A DNA stretch of 35,403 nt from Lysobacteraceae bacterium (GCA_031400995.1 JANNQY010000215.1:1-35403), one strand, 5' to 3'; positions 9,024 to 19,771 are shown, numbered from the stretch's first letter. Translations and numbers: made by a program. The notes: generated by a model not told the origin, from the sequence alone.

Positions 9024-10541
9024 ATGCTGACGGAGCGTCACTGGCAGGCATTGCGCCTGCACGCCGAGCGCCTGTCGGGGCAGCGCCTGTCGGCGCTGGC
9101 GTCGGCCAACGCCAGCCATACGGGCGATTTCTCAATGCGTGTGGGCGCGCTCTACGCCAGCTTCGCGCGCCAGGGTATTGATGCGGCGGCGCGCGACGCG
9201 CTGTTTGCAATTGCCCAAGCGGCCGGCGTGGCCGAGGCCATCGAGGCGCTGTTCGACGGTGCCATGGTCAACCGTTCCGAAGGCCGACCGGCGCTGCACA
9301 CCGCGCTGCGCAGCAACCTGGGCCAAGGCGACACCGCCAGCGCAGCTCATGCGCAGGCTACGGCCGCGCGCCAAACCATGGATCTGCTGCATCAACAGTT
9401 GGTTGCCACCGACGTTACCGACATCGTCAACGTCGGCATTGGCGGCTCCGACCTCGGCCCGCGGCTGGCGGTGGATGCACTTAAGGATTTCCACGACGGG
9501 CGTTTCCGCGTGCACTTCCTCACCAACGTGGACGGCAGCGCGGCCCAGCACTTGCTGCACGGGCTGGATCCGGCACATACCGCGGCCATCCTAGTCTCCA
9601 AGACCTTCGGCACCCAGGAAACGCTGCTCAACGGCGCACTGCTGCGCGACTGGCTGGGTGGCGCCGAACGGCTTTACGCGGTGAGTGCCAACGTCGCGCG
9701 CGCCGAGGCATTCGGCGTGGCGCCGGCACGCGTGCTGCCGATGTGGGACTGGGTGGGTGGACGCTACTCACTGTGGTCGGCGGTGGGCTTCGCGCTGCAG
9801 CTGGCGGTGGGCCGCACCGGCTACGCGCAGATGCTCGAAGGCGCCGCGCAGATGGATGCGCACGTCCGCCAAACGCCGCTGGCTGGCAATCTCGCCGTTT
9901 GGCACGCTTTAGTGGGCGTTTGGAACCGCAACGCACTCGGCCATGCCTGCCAGGCCGTTTTGCCCTATGACGAGCGCCTGGCGCTGCTGCCGGCCTACTT
10001 GCAGCAGCTGGTGATGGAAAGCCTGGGCAAGTCGGTGCAGGTGGACGGCACGCCGGTGCAGGGCCAAACGGTGCCGGTGCTCTGGGGCGGCCCGGGAACC
10101 AACGCCCAGCACAGTTTTTTCCAAGCCCTGCACCAGGGCACGCAGGTGGTGCCGGCCGATTTCCTCGGCGTGGTGCGTCCAGCGCATGCGTTCGCTGCCA
10201 ATCACAGTGCGCTGCTGGCCAACCTGCTGGCCCAGATGCAGGCCTTGGCCAACGGTGCCGCCTCCGATGACGCGCAGCGCGCCTATCCGGGCAACCGTCC
10301 GTCCACCCTGCTGTTGCTGGACGAACTCACCCCGCAAAGTCTTGGCGCACTGCTGGCGCTTTACGAGCACAGCGTTTACGTGCAGTCGGTGCTCTGGGGC
10401 ATCAATGCCTTCGACCAGTGGGGCGTGGAGCTGGGCAAGCAGATGGCGGGCGAACTGCTCCCGGCGCTGTCCAATCCCGGGGTGTCGGTGGCCGATCCGG
10501 TGACGCGGGCTTTCCTGGCGGAAATCCGCCAGCGCAGCTAG
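9024..10541 (+). CDS. pgi: Glucose-6-phosphate isomerase
   Basis: [37 protein letters not shown] and [10 protein letters not shown] motifs. Start at ATG 9024 (alternative GTG 9009). Confidence 0.95.
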   Translation: MLTERHWQALRLHAERLSGQRLSALASANASHTGDFSMRVGALYASFARQGIDAAARDALFAIAQAAGVAEAIEALFDGAMVNRSEGRPALHTALRSNLGQGDTASAAHAQATAARQTMDLLHQQLVATDVTDIVNVGIGGSDLGPRLAVDALKDFHDGRFRVHFLTNVDGSAAQHLLHGLDPAHTAAILVSKTFGTQETLLNGALLRDWLGGAERLYAVSANVARAEAFGVAPARVLPMWDWVGGRYSLWSAVGFALQLAVGRTGYAQMLEGAAQMDAHVRQTPLAGNLAVWHALVGVWNRNALGHACQAVLPYDERLALLPAYLQQLVMESLGKSVQVDGTPVQGQTVPVLWGGPGTNAQHSFFQALHQGTQVVPADFLGVVRPAHAFAANHSALLANLLAQMQALANGAASDDAQRAYPGNRPSTLLLLDELTPQSLGALLALYEHSVYVQSVLWGINAFDQWGVELGKQMAGELLPALSNPGVSVADPVTRAFLAEIRQRS

Positions 10542-11602
10542 CCGCGAGCGTGTGCACCGGCGTGCCGCGCCAGCGCCCACGCCACGTGTTCGCGCACCAA
10601 GGCGCTGGGGTCGTCACGGCGGCTGGCCAGCGCAGCCAGCACTTCGTCGGTGCGCGGTGCGTTGCCCAAGGCCACGGCGATATTGCGCAGCCAGCCCTCG
10701 TGGCCGGTGCGGCGAATGGCCGAGCCCTCGGTGCGCTGCAGGAACTGCGCCTCATCCCAGGCAAAAAGCTCGGCCAGCGTAGCCTGGTCCAACTGGTTTC
10801 GAACCCGGAAATCAGGCTCGTCCGCGCGCACTGCGAACTTGTTCCAGGGACACGCCAGCTGGCAGTCGTCGCAGCCGAAGATCCGGTTGCCCATCAGCGG
10901 CCGCAGCTCCTCCGGGATCGCTTCTTTCAGTTCGATGGTGAGGTAGCTGATGCAGCGCCGCGCATCCACCCGATACGGCGCCACGATGGCGCCCGTGGGG
11001 CAGACTTCGATGCAGCGCGTGCAGGTGCCACAGTGGGCGCTGGCGGGCGCATCTACCAGCAAGGGCAGGTCGGTGAATATTTCGCCCAGGAAAAACCAGC
11101 TGCCGGCGGTCTTGTTGATCAGGCAGCTGTGTTTTCCGATCCAGCCCAGGCCGGCGTCGCGCGCCAGCGCCCGCTCCAGCACTGGCGCTGAATCAACGAA
11201 GACCCGATAGCCGAACGGCCCGATCTGCTCGGCGATGCGGTCGGCCAGCCGCTGCAGGCGCCCGCGCATCACCTTGTGGTAATCGCGCCCCAGCGCGTAG
11301 CGGGCCACGTAGGCCTGCTCGGCCTGTTCAAGCGTGGCCCAGGCGGCGGCATCGTCGCCGGTGCCATAGTCCATGCGCACCGAAATAACCCGCAGCGTGC
11401 CCGGCACCAGTTCCGCCGGTCGCGAGCGCCGGCTGCCGTGCCGCGCCATGTACTCCATGCGGCCGTGCTGGCCCTGTGCCAGCCAGTCGCGCAAGTGCGC
11501 CTCGTCTTCGTCCAGCGCGACGCCGGCCACGCCCAGCTGCTGGAACCCAAGCTCCAGGCTCCAGGTCTTGATCTCGCGGGTGAGGGCGTCGAAGTCGGGC
11601 AT
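10538..11602 (-). CDS. queG: tRNA epoxyqueuosine(34) reductase
   Basis: [45 protein letters not shown] and [12 protein letters not shown] motifs. Start at ATG 11602; the longer ORF extension is antisense to nnr. Confidence 0.95.
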   Translation of the reverse strand: MPDFDALTREIKTWSLELGFQQLGVAGVALDEDEAHLRDWLAQGQHGRMEYMARHGSRRSRPAELVPGTLRVISVRMDYGTGDDAAAWATLEQAEQAYVARYALGRDYHKVMRGRLQRLADRIAEQIGPFGYRVFVDSAPVLERALARDAGLGWIGKHSCLINKTAGSWFFLGEIFTDLPLLVDAPASAHCGTCTRCIEVCPTGAIVAPYRVDARRCISYLTIELKEAIPEELRPLMGNRIFGCDDCQLACPWNKFAVRADEPDFRVRNQLDQATLAELFAWDEAQFLQRTEGSAIRRTGHEGWLRNIAVALGNAPRTDEVLAALASRRDDPSALVREHVAWALARHAGAHARG

Positions 11603-11625
11603 CGCGGCAAGTATAGAATCCCCGC
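11603..11625. promoter_or_regulatory. Overlapping back-to-back -10 elements for queG and nnr
   Basis: TAGAAT (11614-11619, +) ends 6 nt before the nnr ATG. TATACT (11615-11610, -) ends 7 nt before the queG ATG. No SD on either side. Confidence 0.55.
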
Positions 11626-13104
11626 ATGAGTGAACTGCTGCCGCTATACCGCCCGGCCCAGGTGCGGGCCATGGACGAGCGCGCGACCCGCGAATTCGGC
11701 GTGCCGGCCGAGGAACTGATGGCGCGCGCGGGTGCCGCCGCGTGGCGCCTGCTGCGCCAGCGCTGGCCGCAGGCGCGCACGGTGGGCGTGGCCTGCGGTC
11801 CGGGCAACAACGGCGGCGACGGCTATGTTCTGGCCCGCCTGGCCCAGGCCGCGGGCTGCACCGTGCGCCTGGTGGCGCTGCCCGGGCTGGCTTCGACCAC
11901 GCCGGAAGCGCGCGCGGCGCTGGCCGACTGGCGCGCGCAGGGCGGCAGCGTGCTGGCTTTCGACGGCCAGTTGCCCCGGGTGGACGTCTGGGTTGACGCG
12001 CTGTTCGGTACTGGCCTCTCGCGCCCGCCCGCGGAGGCGGCCCAAGCGATGATTGAGCGCATGAATGCCAGCCGCGTGCCGGTGCTGGCGCTGGACGTGC
12101 CTTCGGGACTGGATGCCGATACCGGCTACGCGCAAGGCGCAGCGGTTCGCGCCAGCGTGACCTTGAGTTTCGTCGCGGCAAAGCGTGGGCTTTACACCGG
12201 CATGGCGCGCGATTTCGACGGTGAAGTGCGGCTGGATCGGCTGGATTTACCCATCGGCGCATTTGACGACGTTCCGATGGCGGCACAGCTGTGTTTGCCC
12301 GGCGGACTGGCGCGCTGGCTGGCGCCGCGGCATGCCAACGCGCACAAGGGCGAGCACGGCCATGTGCTGTGCATTGGCGGCGAGGAGGGCATGGGTGGCG
12401 CGGTGCGGCTGTGTGCCGAGGGCGCGCTGCGCACCGGCGTGGGTTTGGCGTCGGTGGCCACCCGCCGTTCCGGCGTATCCGCACTGGTTGCCGCGCGGCC
12501 CGAGGCCATGACCCATGCGGTGGAAAACGCCGATGCGTTGCTGCCGCTGATCGCGCGCGCCTCGGTGTTGGCGGTGGGCCCGGGGCTGGGGCAGGGCGAC
12601 TGGGGGCGCGCGCTGTTTGCCGTCGCCCTGGCCAGCGGCAAGCCGCTGGTGCTGGACGCTGATGCTTTGAACCTGCTGGCTGAGCAACCGCAGCTGGTTC
12701 CGCAGGCGTTGCTGACACCGCATCCGGGCGAAGCGGCGCGCCTGCTGGGCTGCGACAAGCTCGGGGTGCAGGCGGACCGTTTCGGCGCCGCCGAAGCCTT
12801 GGCGCTGCGCTACGGCTGCGTGGTGGTGCTCAAAGGCGCCGGCACCTTGGTGGCCGCGCCCGGCGAGACAACCGCCGTGATTGGCGCCGGCAACCCTGGC
12901 ATGGCCACGGGCGGCATGGGCGACGTGCTGTCGGGCGTGATCGCGGCGCTGCTGGCGCAGCAGCTGCTGCCGTTCCAGGCCGCGGTGGCGGGCGCATTGC
13001 TGCATTCGGCTGCCGGTGATGCCGCGGCCAAAGTGGGCGGTGAGCGCGGGCTGCTGCCCTCGGATCTGTTCGAGCCGCTGCGCCGTTTGGCCAACCCCGC
13101 ATGA
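11626..13104 (+). CDS. nnr: Bifunctional NAD(P)H-hydrate epimerase/dehydratase (YjeF)
   Basis: GPGNNGGDG, DALFGTG, DVPSG, GPGLG, LDADAL, LTPHPGEAARLL and ATGGMGDVL motifs. Confidence 0.95.
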   Translation: MSELLPLYRPAQVRAMDERATREFGVPAEELMARAGAAAWRLLRQRWPQARTVGVACGPGNNGGDGYVLARLAQAAGCTVRLVALPGLASTTPEARAALADWRAQGGSVLAFDGQLPRVDVWVDALFGTGLSRPPAEAAQAMIERMNASRVPVLALDVPSGLDADTGYAQGAAVRASVTLSFVAAKRGLYTGMARDFDGEVRLDRLDLPIGAFDDVPMAAQLCLPGGLARWLAPRHANAHKGEHGHVLCIGGEEGMGGAVRLCAEGALRTGVGLASVATRRSGVSALVAARPEAMTHAVENADALLPLIARASVLAVGPGLGQGDWGRALFAVALASGKPLVLDADALNLLAEQPQLVPQALLTPHPGEAARLLGCDKLGVQADRFGAAEALALRYGCVVVLKGAGTLVAAPGETTAVIGAGNPGMATGGMGDVLSGVIAALLAQQLLPFQAAVAGALLHSAAGDAAAKVGGERGLLPSDLFEPLRRLANPA

Positions 13105-13559
13105 CCCGGGAGTTCCTGCTGCCAGATGCGCAAGCCACGGATGCAATCGGCGCAGCGTTGGCTGCCTGCGCGCCGTCGCGTGCGGTGGTTTACCTGCACG
13201 GTCCGCTGGGCGCCGGCAAATCGAGCCTCGCGCGGGCTTGGCTGCGGGCGTTGGGGGTCGCCGGCGCCATCAAGAGCCCCACCTACACCCTGGTGGAGCG
13301 CTATCCGATTCCCGGCGGCGAGGCGGCGCATCTGGATCTGTATCGCCTGGCGGCGGCCTCGGAGCTGGATTTCCTTGGCCTGGACGAACTGGCGGCCGAA
13401 GCCACGCTGTGGCTGGTGGAGTGGCCTGAGCGGGGCGGCAGCGGCTTGCCCGCGGCCGACCTCCAGCTCGCACTGTCCCTGGCGGGCGAAGGGCGCCGGC
13501 TGCAGGCGGCTGCCGGCACCGAGGCTGGCGCGGCCTGGCTGGCAAAACTCCCGTACTGA
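13101..13559 (+). CDS. tsaE: tRNA threonylcarbamoyladenosine biosynthesis ATPase
   Basis: GPLGAGKS, KSPTYTLVE, HLDLYRL and VEWP motifs. ATGA overlap with nnr. Confidence 0.96.
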   Translation: MTREFLLPDAQATDAIGAALAACAPSRAVVYLHGPLGAGKSSLARAWLRALGVAGAIKSPTYTLVERYPIPGGEAAHLDLYRLAAASELDFLGLDELAAEATLWLVEWPERGGSGLPAADLQLALSLAGEGRRLQAAAGTEAGAAWLAKLPY

Positions 13560-13630
13560 CGCCTTCTCCGGGCGTCACCTGAGCCGATTCCTAGGAAGGT
13601 CAGGCAGGCTACGGATTCCAAAGGAAAAAC

Positions 13631-13659
13631 TTGCTTTTTCCGGAATCCAGTGGTTCAAT
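13631..13659 (+). promoter_or_regulatory. Putative sigma70 promoter of the amidase gene
   Basis: TTGCTT (13631-36), 17-nt spacer, TGn-TTCAAT (13654-59). ATG lies 7 nt downstream. Confidence 0.5.
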
Positions 13660-13666
13660 CCGAGCC

Positions 13667-15016
13667 ATGCGCATACGTTCTGCCCTTGCCCTGATACCCG
13701 CGTCCCTGCTGGCTCTGGCCGCGGGTAGTGCCCACGCCGCCCAGCTGGATGCGCTCAAGCTGGTGGACGCCGAGGGCAGCACCCGCGCGGTGCTGGAGCT
13801 TTCGGGGCCGACCGAATACAAGATTTTCACTCTGGCCAACCCGCACCGGCTGGTCCTGGACCTCTCGGGTACGTCGCTGGCGCCCGGCTACCGTTCACCC
13901 CAGCCCAACGGCGTGGTGTCGGGCGTACGCACCGGCAAGCCGGCCGAGGGCGACCTGCGCGTGGTCATGGACCTGGGCCACGGCGTAAAGCCGCGCAGCC
14001 GGATCGAGCGCAGCGGCAGCACCACGCATCTGGTGCTTGAGTTGATCAACGACCGCGCCACCGCCACCAGTGCGCCGCCGCCGGCGCGCACCGTGCAGGA
14101 CGTCATCGGCACCGGCGAGCGCAAGCTGATAATCGCCATTGACGCCGGCCACGGCGGCAAGGATCCGGGGGCCGTGGGCCCGACCCGCAAGTACGAAAAA
14201 GACATCACGCTGGCCATGGCGCGCGAATTGGCCAAGCTGGTCAACGCCGATCCCGGGATGCAGGCCTATCTGGTTCGCGACCGCGACGTTTTCATCCCGC
14301 TGGGCCAGCGCTACATGATGGCGCGCGAGGCCGAAGCCGACTTGTTTATTTCCATCCATGCCGATGCGGCGCATAACCGCGCGGCCAACGGCGCTTCGGT
14401 TTACGTGCTGTCGTTGCGCGGCGCGTCCTCGGAAGCGGCGCGTTGGCTGGCCGACCAGGAGAACGCCGCGGACCTGGTGGGTGGCGTGGAGCTGGATGCG
14501 CGCGACAAGAACCTCGCCGCGGTGCTGCTGGATCTGTCGCAGAACGCCACCATGCGCGTTTCCGACGACGTGGCTGGCCAGGTGCTGGCGTCGCTGAAGC
14601 AAGTGGGCAAGGCGCACAAGCCGCAGATCGAACGCGCCAACTTCGTGGTGCTGCGTTCCCCGGACGTGCCCTCGATGCTGGTGGAGACCGGCTTCATTTC
14701 CAACCCGGGCGAAGAGGCCAAGCTCAATGACCCGGCCTACCGCGGCCGCATGGCCAGCGCCATCGTTGCTGGCGTGCGCAGCTACTTCGCCGACCAGGCG
14801 CCGCCTGGCACCTGGTATGCGTCGCGCCAGGGCCAGTTTGGCGGCAGCCGCCAGCACGTGGTCAGCCGCGGCGAAACCCTGAACCTGATCGCGGCCCGCC
14901 ACGGCGTGCCGGTGAACACCATCCGCGCCGCCAACCGCATGCATGGCGACGTGGTGCGCGTCGGTGAGCGCCTGACCATCCCGGTCGCCGCCACCCTGGC
15001 TTCCGTGCCCAAGTAA
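13667..15016 (+). CDS. N-acetylmuramoyl-L-alanine amidase (AMIN + Amidase_3 + LysM), AmiB/AmiC type
   Basis: Signal peptide, AMIN-like [39 protein letters not shown] and a C-terminal LysM ([18 protein letters not shown]). Sits in tsaE-ami-mutL synteny. Confidence 0.93.
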   Translation: MRIRSALALIPASLLALAAGSAHAAQLDALKLVDAEGSTRAVLELSGPTEYKIFTLANPHRLVLDLSGTSLAPGYRSPQPNGVVSGVRTGKPAEGDLRVVMDLGHGVKPRSRIERSGSTTHLVLELINDRATATSAPPPARTVQDVIGTGERKLIIAIDAGHGGKDPGAVGPTRKYEKDITLAMARELAKLVNADPGMQAYLVRDRDVFIPLGQRYMMAREAEADLFISIHADAAHNRAANGASVYVLSLRGASSEAARWLADQENAADLVGGVELDARDKNLAAVLLDLSQNATMRVSDDVAGQVLASLKQVGKAHKPQIERANFVVLRSPDVPSMLVETGFISNPGEEAKLNDPAYRGRMASAIVAGVRSYFADQAPPGTWYASRQGQFGGSRQHVVSRGETLNLIAARHGVPVNTIRAANRMHGDVVRVGERLTIPVAATLASVPK

Positions 15017-15066
15017 GCCCCTGCGCCGCTGGTATCATTGGGGTCCTATTCCCAGCGGTACCCGCC

Positions 15067-16833
15067 GTGCCGATCCTGCAGCTCCCCGACACCCTGGTGA
15101 ACCAGATCGCCGCCGGCGAAGTGGTGGAACGCCCGGCGTCGGTGGTGAAAGAGTTGGTGGAAAATGCCCTGGACGCCGGCGCCACCCGCCTGGACATTGA
15201 TTTGGAAGAGGGCGGCATCCGCCTGATCCGGATCCGCGACGATGGCGCCGGGATCCCGGCTGATGAGCTCGCGCTGGCCATTTCGCGCCACGCCACCAGC
15301 AAGATCACCTCGCTCGATGACCTCGAACAAGTGGCCACGCTGGGCTTCCGCGGCGAGGCCTTGCCGTCGATTGCCTCGGTGAGCCGCTTCGCCATGGTCT
15401 CACGCACCGCCGCGCAGGCGCACGGCGTGCGGCTGGAGGTGGACGGTGGCCACATCGCGCCAACGCAGCCCCAGCCCCATCCCGCGGGCACCACGGTGGA
15501 AGTGCGCGACTTGTTCTACAACGTCCCCGCGCGGCGCAAGTTCCTTCGCGCCGAGCGCACCGAACTGGGGCATATCGAAGAGTGGCTGCGCTCGCTGGCG
15601 CTGGCGCGGCCGCAGGTGGAGCTGCGCATCAGCCACAACGGCCGCCTCAGCCGGCACTACAAGCCGGTGCGCGACGCTGACGAGCACGTGCGCCGGGTGG
15701 CCGAGGCCTTGGGCGAGGAGTTCACCGCGCAGTGCCTGCAGATCGAGCATGCCGGCGCCGGACTGCGGCTGCGGGGCTGGGTCGGCCTGCCCACGGCCGC
15801 GCGCTCCAGCGCCGATCAGCAGTATTTCTACGTCAACGGCCGCGCCGTGCGCGACCGCACCGTGGCCCATGCCGTGCGCCAGGCCTATGCGGACGTGCTG
15901 TTCCACGGGCGCTACCCGGCCTTCGTGCTGTTCCTGGAGTGCGACCCGCGCCAGGTGGACGTGAACGTGCACCCGGCCAAGCACGAGGTGCGTTTTCGCG
16001 AGCAGCGTTTGGTGCATGAGTTCATTTATCGCACCCTGCACGAAGCACTCGCCGCCACCCGCGCGGGACTGGCAACGCTGCCCGACGCTGGCTACGCCTC
16101 GGCCGGCGGCGGCACCTGGTCGCCGCCGGCGCAGTCGGGCCTGGGCCTGCCGGTGCGCGAAGCGATGTCGGCCTATGCGGCGCTCTACGGGACGCCTGCT
16201 GCCGGGAGTTCAACGATGACGGCGATGCCTGCCGCCAACGAGTCCGAGTCGCCGCCCCTGGGCTATGCGCTGGCGCAGCTGCACGGCGTGTTCGTGCTGG
16301 CGGAGAACGAGCAGGGCCTCATCCTGGTGGACATGCATGCGGCGCATGAGCGCATCACCTACGAACGCCTCAAGACCGCGCGCGATGGCGAAGGCATTCG
16401 CAGCCAGCCGCTGCTGGTGCCGATCGCCTTGGCCGTTTCCGAACGCGAGGCCGACCTGGCCGAACAGCATGCCGACACCTTGGCCGGCTACGGCTTCGAA
16501 CTTCGCCGCGCCGGCCCGCAGGCCGTGAGCGTGCGCAGCGTGCCCACCCTGCTGGCCGACCTGGATCCGCGCGGGCTGGTGCTGGACGTACTTTCGGACC
16601 TGCGCGAGCACGGCCAGACCCGCCGGCTGGACGAGGCGCGCAATGAACTGCTATCAACGCTGGCCTGCCACACGTCGGTGCGCGCCAACCGCCGCCTGGG
16701 ATTGGCCGAAATGAATGCGCTGCTGCGCGACATGGAAGCCACCGAGCGCAGCGGCCAATGCAACCACGGCCGCCCCACCTGGGTGCAGCTGAGTAAATCC
16801 GAACTCGACCGTTTGTTCATGAGGGGACGTTGA
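15067..16833 (+). CDS. mutL: DNA mismatch repair protein MutL (endonuclease type)
   Basis: [32 protein letters not shown] and VDVNVHPAK motifs; C-terminal [12 protein letters not shown] and CNHGRP. GTG start. Confidence 0.97.
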   Translation: MPILQLPDTLVNQIAAGEVVERPASVVKELVENALDAGATRLDIDLEEGGIRLIRIRDDGAGIPADELALAISRHATSKITSLDDLEQVATLGFRGEALPSIASVSRFAMVSRTAAQAHGVRLEVDGGHIAPTQPQPHPAGTTVEVRDLFYNVPARRKFLRAERTELGHIEEWLRSLALARPQVELRISHNGRLSRHYKPVRDADEHVRRVAEALGEEFTAQCLQIEHAGAGLRLRGWVGLPTAARSSADQQYFYVNGRAVRDRTVAHAVRQAYADVLFHGRYPAFVLFLECDPRQVDVNVHPAKHEVRFREQRLVHEFIYRTLHEALAATRAGLATLPDAGYASAGGGTWSPPAQSGLGLPVREAMSAYAALYGTPAAGSSTMTAMPAANESESPPLGYALAQLHGVFVLAENEQGLILVDMHAAHERITYERLKTARDGEGIRSQPLLVPIALAVSEREADLAEQHADTLAGYGFELRRAGPQAVSVRSVPTLLADLDPRGLVLDVLSDLREHGQTRRLDEARNELLSTLACHTSVRANRRLGLAEMNALLRDMEATERSGQCNHGRPTWVQLSKSELDRLFMRGR

Positions 16834-17789
16834 TGCGCCTGCGACTGTTTTTCCTGGCTTCACTGGTGCTGCTGGCGGCCTGCGGCCGCGGCGACGACGA
16901 AGCCGAAGCCGCGCTGTCGGCAACCAAGGCGCGCGCCGAGCGCGCCGCACGTTTGGCCTACGAAGGCGAAATCCTGGCCTGGCGCGACCAGCGCGTGGCC
17001 CGCCTGACGCGTCCCGATGGCTGGCTTTCACTGGTGGGCCTGCACTGGATTACTCCCGGCGCCACGTATGTGGGCGCGGCCAAGGACAACGGCACGCGCT
17101 TGGCCATTGGACCGCCGCAGGTGGGCATGTTGTCGCTGTCGGACGACGGGGCGCTGTCGCTGCGTATCGCGCCCGACACCGAGGTGACCATCAACGGCGA
17201 GCCCGCCACCGGCACCGTGCCGCTGCTGGCTGACACCCAGGAGGGCGGCCCGACGGTGGTGGGGTTCAATCGCGGCGATGCCAGCTTCGTGGTGATCGAG
17301 CGCGTGGGTCGCTTCGGCCTGCGCGTGCGCAATGCGCTGGCGCGCACGCGCACCAGTTTCCCCGGAATCGATTACTTCGACATCGATCCAGCGTTTCGGT
17401 TCACTGCCCGCTTCCAGGCGCATCCGCCGGGCAAGATGCTGGAGATCATCAACGTGCTGGGCATGGTCGAGCCGATGGCCAACCCGGGCTGGCTGGAGTT
17501 CGACAAGGATGGCAAGAGCTTCCGCGTCGAGGCAGTAGACGAAGGCGATGGCCGGCTTTTCATCATTTTCGCCGATCGCACCAGCGGCCATGACACCTAC
17601 GCGGCGTCGCGCTTCGTCTACGCCGAACCCGCCGGCAAGGACGGCACCACCACGCTGGACTTCAACACCGCCTACAACCCGCCGTGTGCGTTCGTCGCCT
17701 ATTCCACCTGCCCGATGCCGCCGCCGGAAAACCGACTGGACCTGGCGGTGACGGCGGGCGAGAAGAAGCCGCGGCCGTTTCCTGAGTGA
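16833..17789 (+). CDS. DUF1684 family lipoprotein
   Basis: Lipobox LLAAC, GWLSLVGLHW, FADRTSG..TY..SRF and LDFNTAYNPPCAF..YSTCP.PP.EN.L...VTAGEK. TGATG coupling with mutL. Confidence 0.88.
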   Translation: MRLRLFFLASLVLLAACGRGDDEAEAALSATKARAERAARLAYEGEILAWRDQRVARLTRPDGWLSLVGLHWITPGATYVGAAKDNGTRLAIGPPQVGMLSLSDDGALSLRIAPDTEVTINGEPATGTVPLLADTQEGGPTVVGFNRGDASFVVIERVGRFGLRVRNALARTRTSFPGIDYFDIDPAFRFTARFQAHPPGKMLEIINVLGMVEPMANPGWLEFDKDGKSFRVEAVDEGDGRLFIIFADRTSGHDTYAASRFVYAEPAGKDGTTTLDFNTAYNPPCAFVAYSTCPMPPPENRLDLAVTAGEKKPRPFPE

Positions 17790-18691
17790 GCCCAATGCGC
17801 AGCAAGCCAATCTCCATGATGCGTAGTTTCATCGCCGTCGCGCTCGCCGTCGCCACTGGCTTGGCCCAAGCCGAGCCGCCGAAGCCCCTGCTGTGGAAAG
17901 TCAGCGACGCGGATAATTCAATCTACCTTCTGGGGTCCTTCCACCTGCTCAAGCCCGCGGACTATCCCTTGGCGCCGGCGGCCTACGCCGCGCTCGCGGA
18001 CGCCGAGCAGGTGCTGTTCGAACTCTCGCCTGCTGAACTCAGCGATCCCGCATTGGGGCGGCAGATGGCCGCGGCGGCGCTGCGGCGCGATGGCACCACG
18101 CTGCAGCAGTCGCTGCCGCCTGAGACTTGGACGCAACTGGTCGCTTTCGCGGAAAAGCGCCAGGTGCCGCTCGAGAACCTGCAGCCCTTCGAGCCCTGGT
18201 ACGCGAGCCTGATCGTCGCGCTCACCGAACTCTCGGCGGCTGGCCTCGATGCCGGGCTCGGCCTGGACCGGCACATGGCCGAGCGCGCCGCGAACGCCCG
18301 CAAGCCCGTGCGTGGCCTTGAATCCGGCGCGCAGCAGATTGAAGTGTTCGACGGCATGGCGCCGGCGCAGCAGCTGCAGGCGCTGCAGGACACGCTGGAG
18401 GAAATGGGCAGCCTGGAGTCGGAAGTGGACAAGCTGCATGCGCTCTGGCGCGCTGGCGATGCCGACGGGCTGTTCGAGGCGACCGGTGCCGAGATGAAGC
18501 GCGAGTATCCCGAGCTTTACCAGCGCGTGAACGTGGATCGCAACCAAGCGTGGCTGCCGCGGCTGCAGGCGGCGCTGGACCAAAGCCAGGGCGACGACAC
18601 GCTGGTGGTGGTGGGCGCACTGCACCTGCTTGGCGACGACGGCGTGGTGGCGCGCCTGAAGGCCCAGGGCTACACGGTCGAGCGGCTTTAG
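17786..18691 (+). CDS. TraB/GumN family secreted protein
   Basis: Signal peptide, PLLWKV...YLLGSFH, GLE...Q, RNQAW and VVVGALHL motifs. Start ambiguous (GTG 17786 or ATG 17795/17816/17819). Confidence 0.85.
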   Translation: MSPMRSKPISMMRSFIAVALAVATGLAQAEPPKPLLWKVSDADNSIYLLGSFHLLKPADYPLAPAAYAALADAEQVLFELSPAELSDPALGRQMAAAALRRDGTTLQQSLPPETWTQLVAFAEKRQVPLENLQPFEPWYASLIVALTELSAAGLDAGLGLDRHMAERAANARKPVRGLESGAQQIEVFDGMAPAQQLQALQDTLEEMGSLESEVDKLHALWRAGDADGLFEATGAEMKREYPELYQRVNVDRNQAWLPRLQAALDQSQGDDTLVVVGALHLLGDDGVVARLKAQGYTVERL

Positions 18692-19182
18692 GCAGGCGCA
18701 ACCAGCACGATGCAGTCCACCGGGCAGGGCGGCAGGCACAGTTCGCAGCCGGTGCACAGATCGGCAATCACCACATGCATGCGCTGGGGCGCGCCAACAA
18801 TCGCGTCCACCGGGCAGGCTTGGATGCACTTGGTGCAGCCGATGCAATCGGCTTCGACGATCAGCGCGACCACGGGTGGCTGCTCGATGCCGTTGTCGGG
18901 ATTCACCGGCAGCGGCTCACGGCCGAGCAACTGCGCCAGCGCGCGCACGCCGGCCTCGCCGCCGGGCGGGCACTGGTTGATCTCGGCTTCGCCAGCGGCG
19001 ATGGCGCGCGCATACGGCCGGCAGCCCGGGTAGCCGCACTGGCCGCACTGGGTTTGCGGCAGCAGGCGGTCGATGCGCTCCACCATCGGGTCGCCTTTCA
19101 CCCGCAGGCGCACCGCGGCCCAGCCCAGCAGTGCGCCCAGCGCTGCCGCCAAGGCCACGATCGCCAGCGCACCCAGGCCCAT
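18688..19182 (-). CDS. rnfB: RnfB/RsxB electron transport ferredoxin subunit
   Basis: N-terminal TM helix, [14 protein letters not shown]...[21 protein letters not shown] and [16 protein letters not shown]. The ATG overlaps the rnfA stop (TGATG). Confidence 0.92.
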   Translation of the reverse strand: MGLGALAIVALAAALGALLGWAAVRLRVKGDPMVERIDRLLPQTQCGQCGYPGCRPYARAIAAGEAEINQCPPGGEAGVRALAQLLGREPLPVNPDNGIEQPPVVALIVEADCIGCTKCIQACPVDAIVGAPQRMHVVIADLCTGCELCLPPCPVDCIVLVAPA

Positions 19183-19763
19183 CAGCCGTTCGCCATGCCG
19201 GTGAAGCCCATGAACGCCAGCGACATCAGGCCGGCGGTGACCAAGGCGATGGGCGCGCCGCGCCACGCTGCGGGCACGTCGGCGGTTTCCAGCCGCTCGC
19301 GCATCGCCGAGAACAGCACCAGCACGGCACCGAAGCCCAGCGACGCGCCCAGCCCGTACAGCACCGATTCGCCCAGGCTGCGCCGCGCCTGCACGTTGAG
19401 CAGGGCCACGCCCAGCACCGCGCAATTGGTGGTGATCAGCGGCAGGTAGATGCCCAGTACCCGGTACAGCCGCGGGCTCTGGCGGTTCATCGCGATCTCG
19501 GTGAATTGCACCACCGCCGCGATGACCAGGATGAAGCCCAGCGTGCGCAGGTGCTCAAGGCCCAGCGGCAGCAGCAGCCAGTGGTGCACCGCCCACGCCA
19601 GCGCCGAGGACAACGTGAGCACGAAGCCGGTGGCCAGCGCCATGCCGTAGGCCGCGTCCAGGCTGCGCGAAACGCCCATGAAAGGGCAAAGCCCGAGGAA
19701 CTTGACCAGCACGAAGTTGTTGACGAAAACCGCGCCAACCAGCAGCAGGGCGATTTCGCTCAT
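19182..19763 (-). CDS. rnfA: RnfA/RsxA membrane subunit
   Basis: [49 protein letters not shown] and [10 protein letters not shown] motifs; 193 aa. Start at ATG 19763. Confidence 0.93.
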   Translation of the reverse strand: MSEIALLLVGAVFVNNFVLVKFLGLCPFMGVSRSLDAAYGMALATGFVLTLSSALAWAVHHWLLLPLGLEHLRTLGFILVIAAVVQFTEIAMNRQSPRLYRVLGIYLPLITTNCAVLGVALLNVQARRSLGESVLYGLGASLGFGAVLVLFSAMRERLETADVPAAWRGAPIALVTAGLMSLAFMGFTGMANG

Positions 19764-19771
19764 GTTCTCGG

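Noticed and set aside
10538-10541. Overlapping stop codons of convergent genes (pgi/queG at CTAG; also TraB/rnfB at 18688-18691)
   Set aside because: A common compact arrangement; the sequence alone gives no evidence of regulatory antisense function.
11603-12718. Apparent 726-aa QueG fusion (likewise the 478-aa GreB and 521-aa PhoH ORFs)
   Set aside because: The extensions overlap real neighbouring genes; family homology starts at the downstream ATGs (11602, 30007, 2141).
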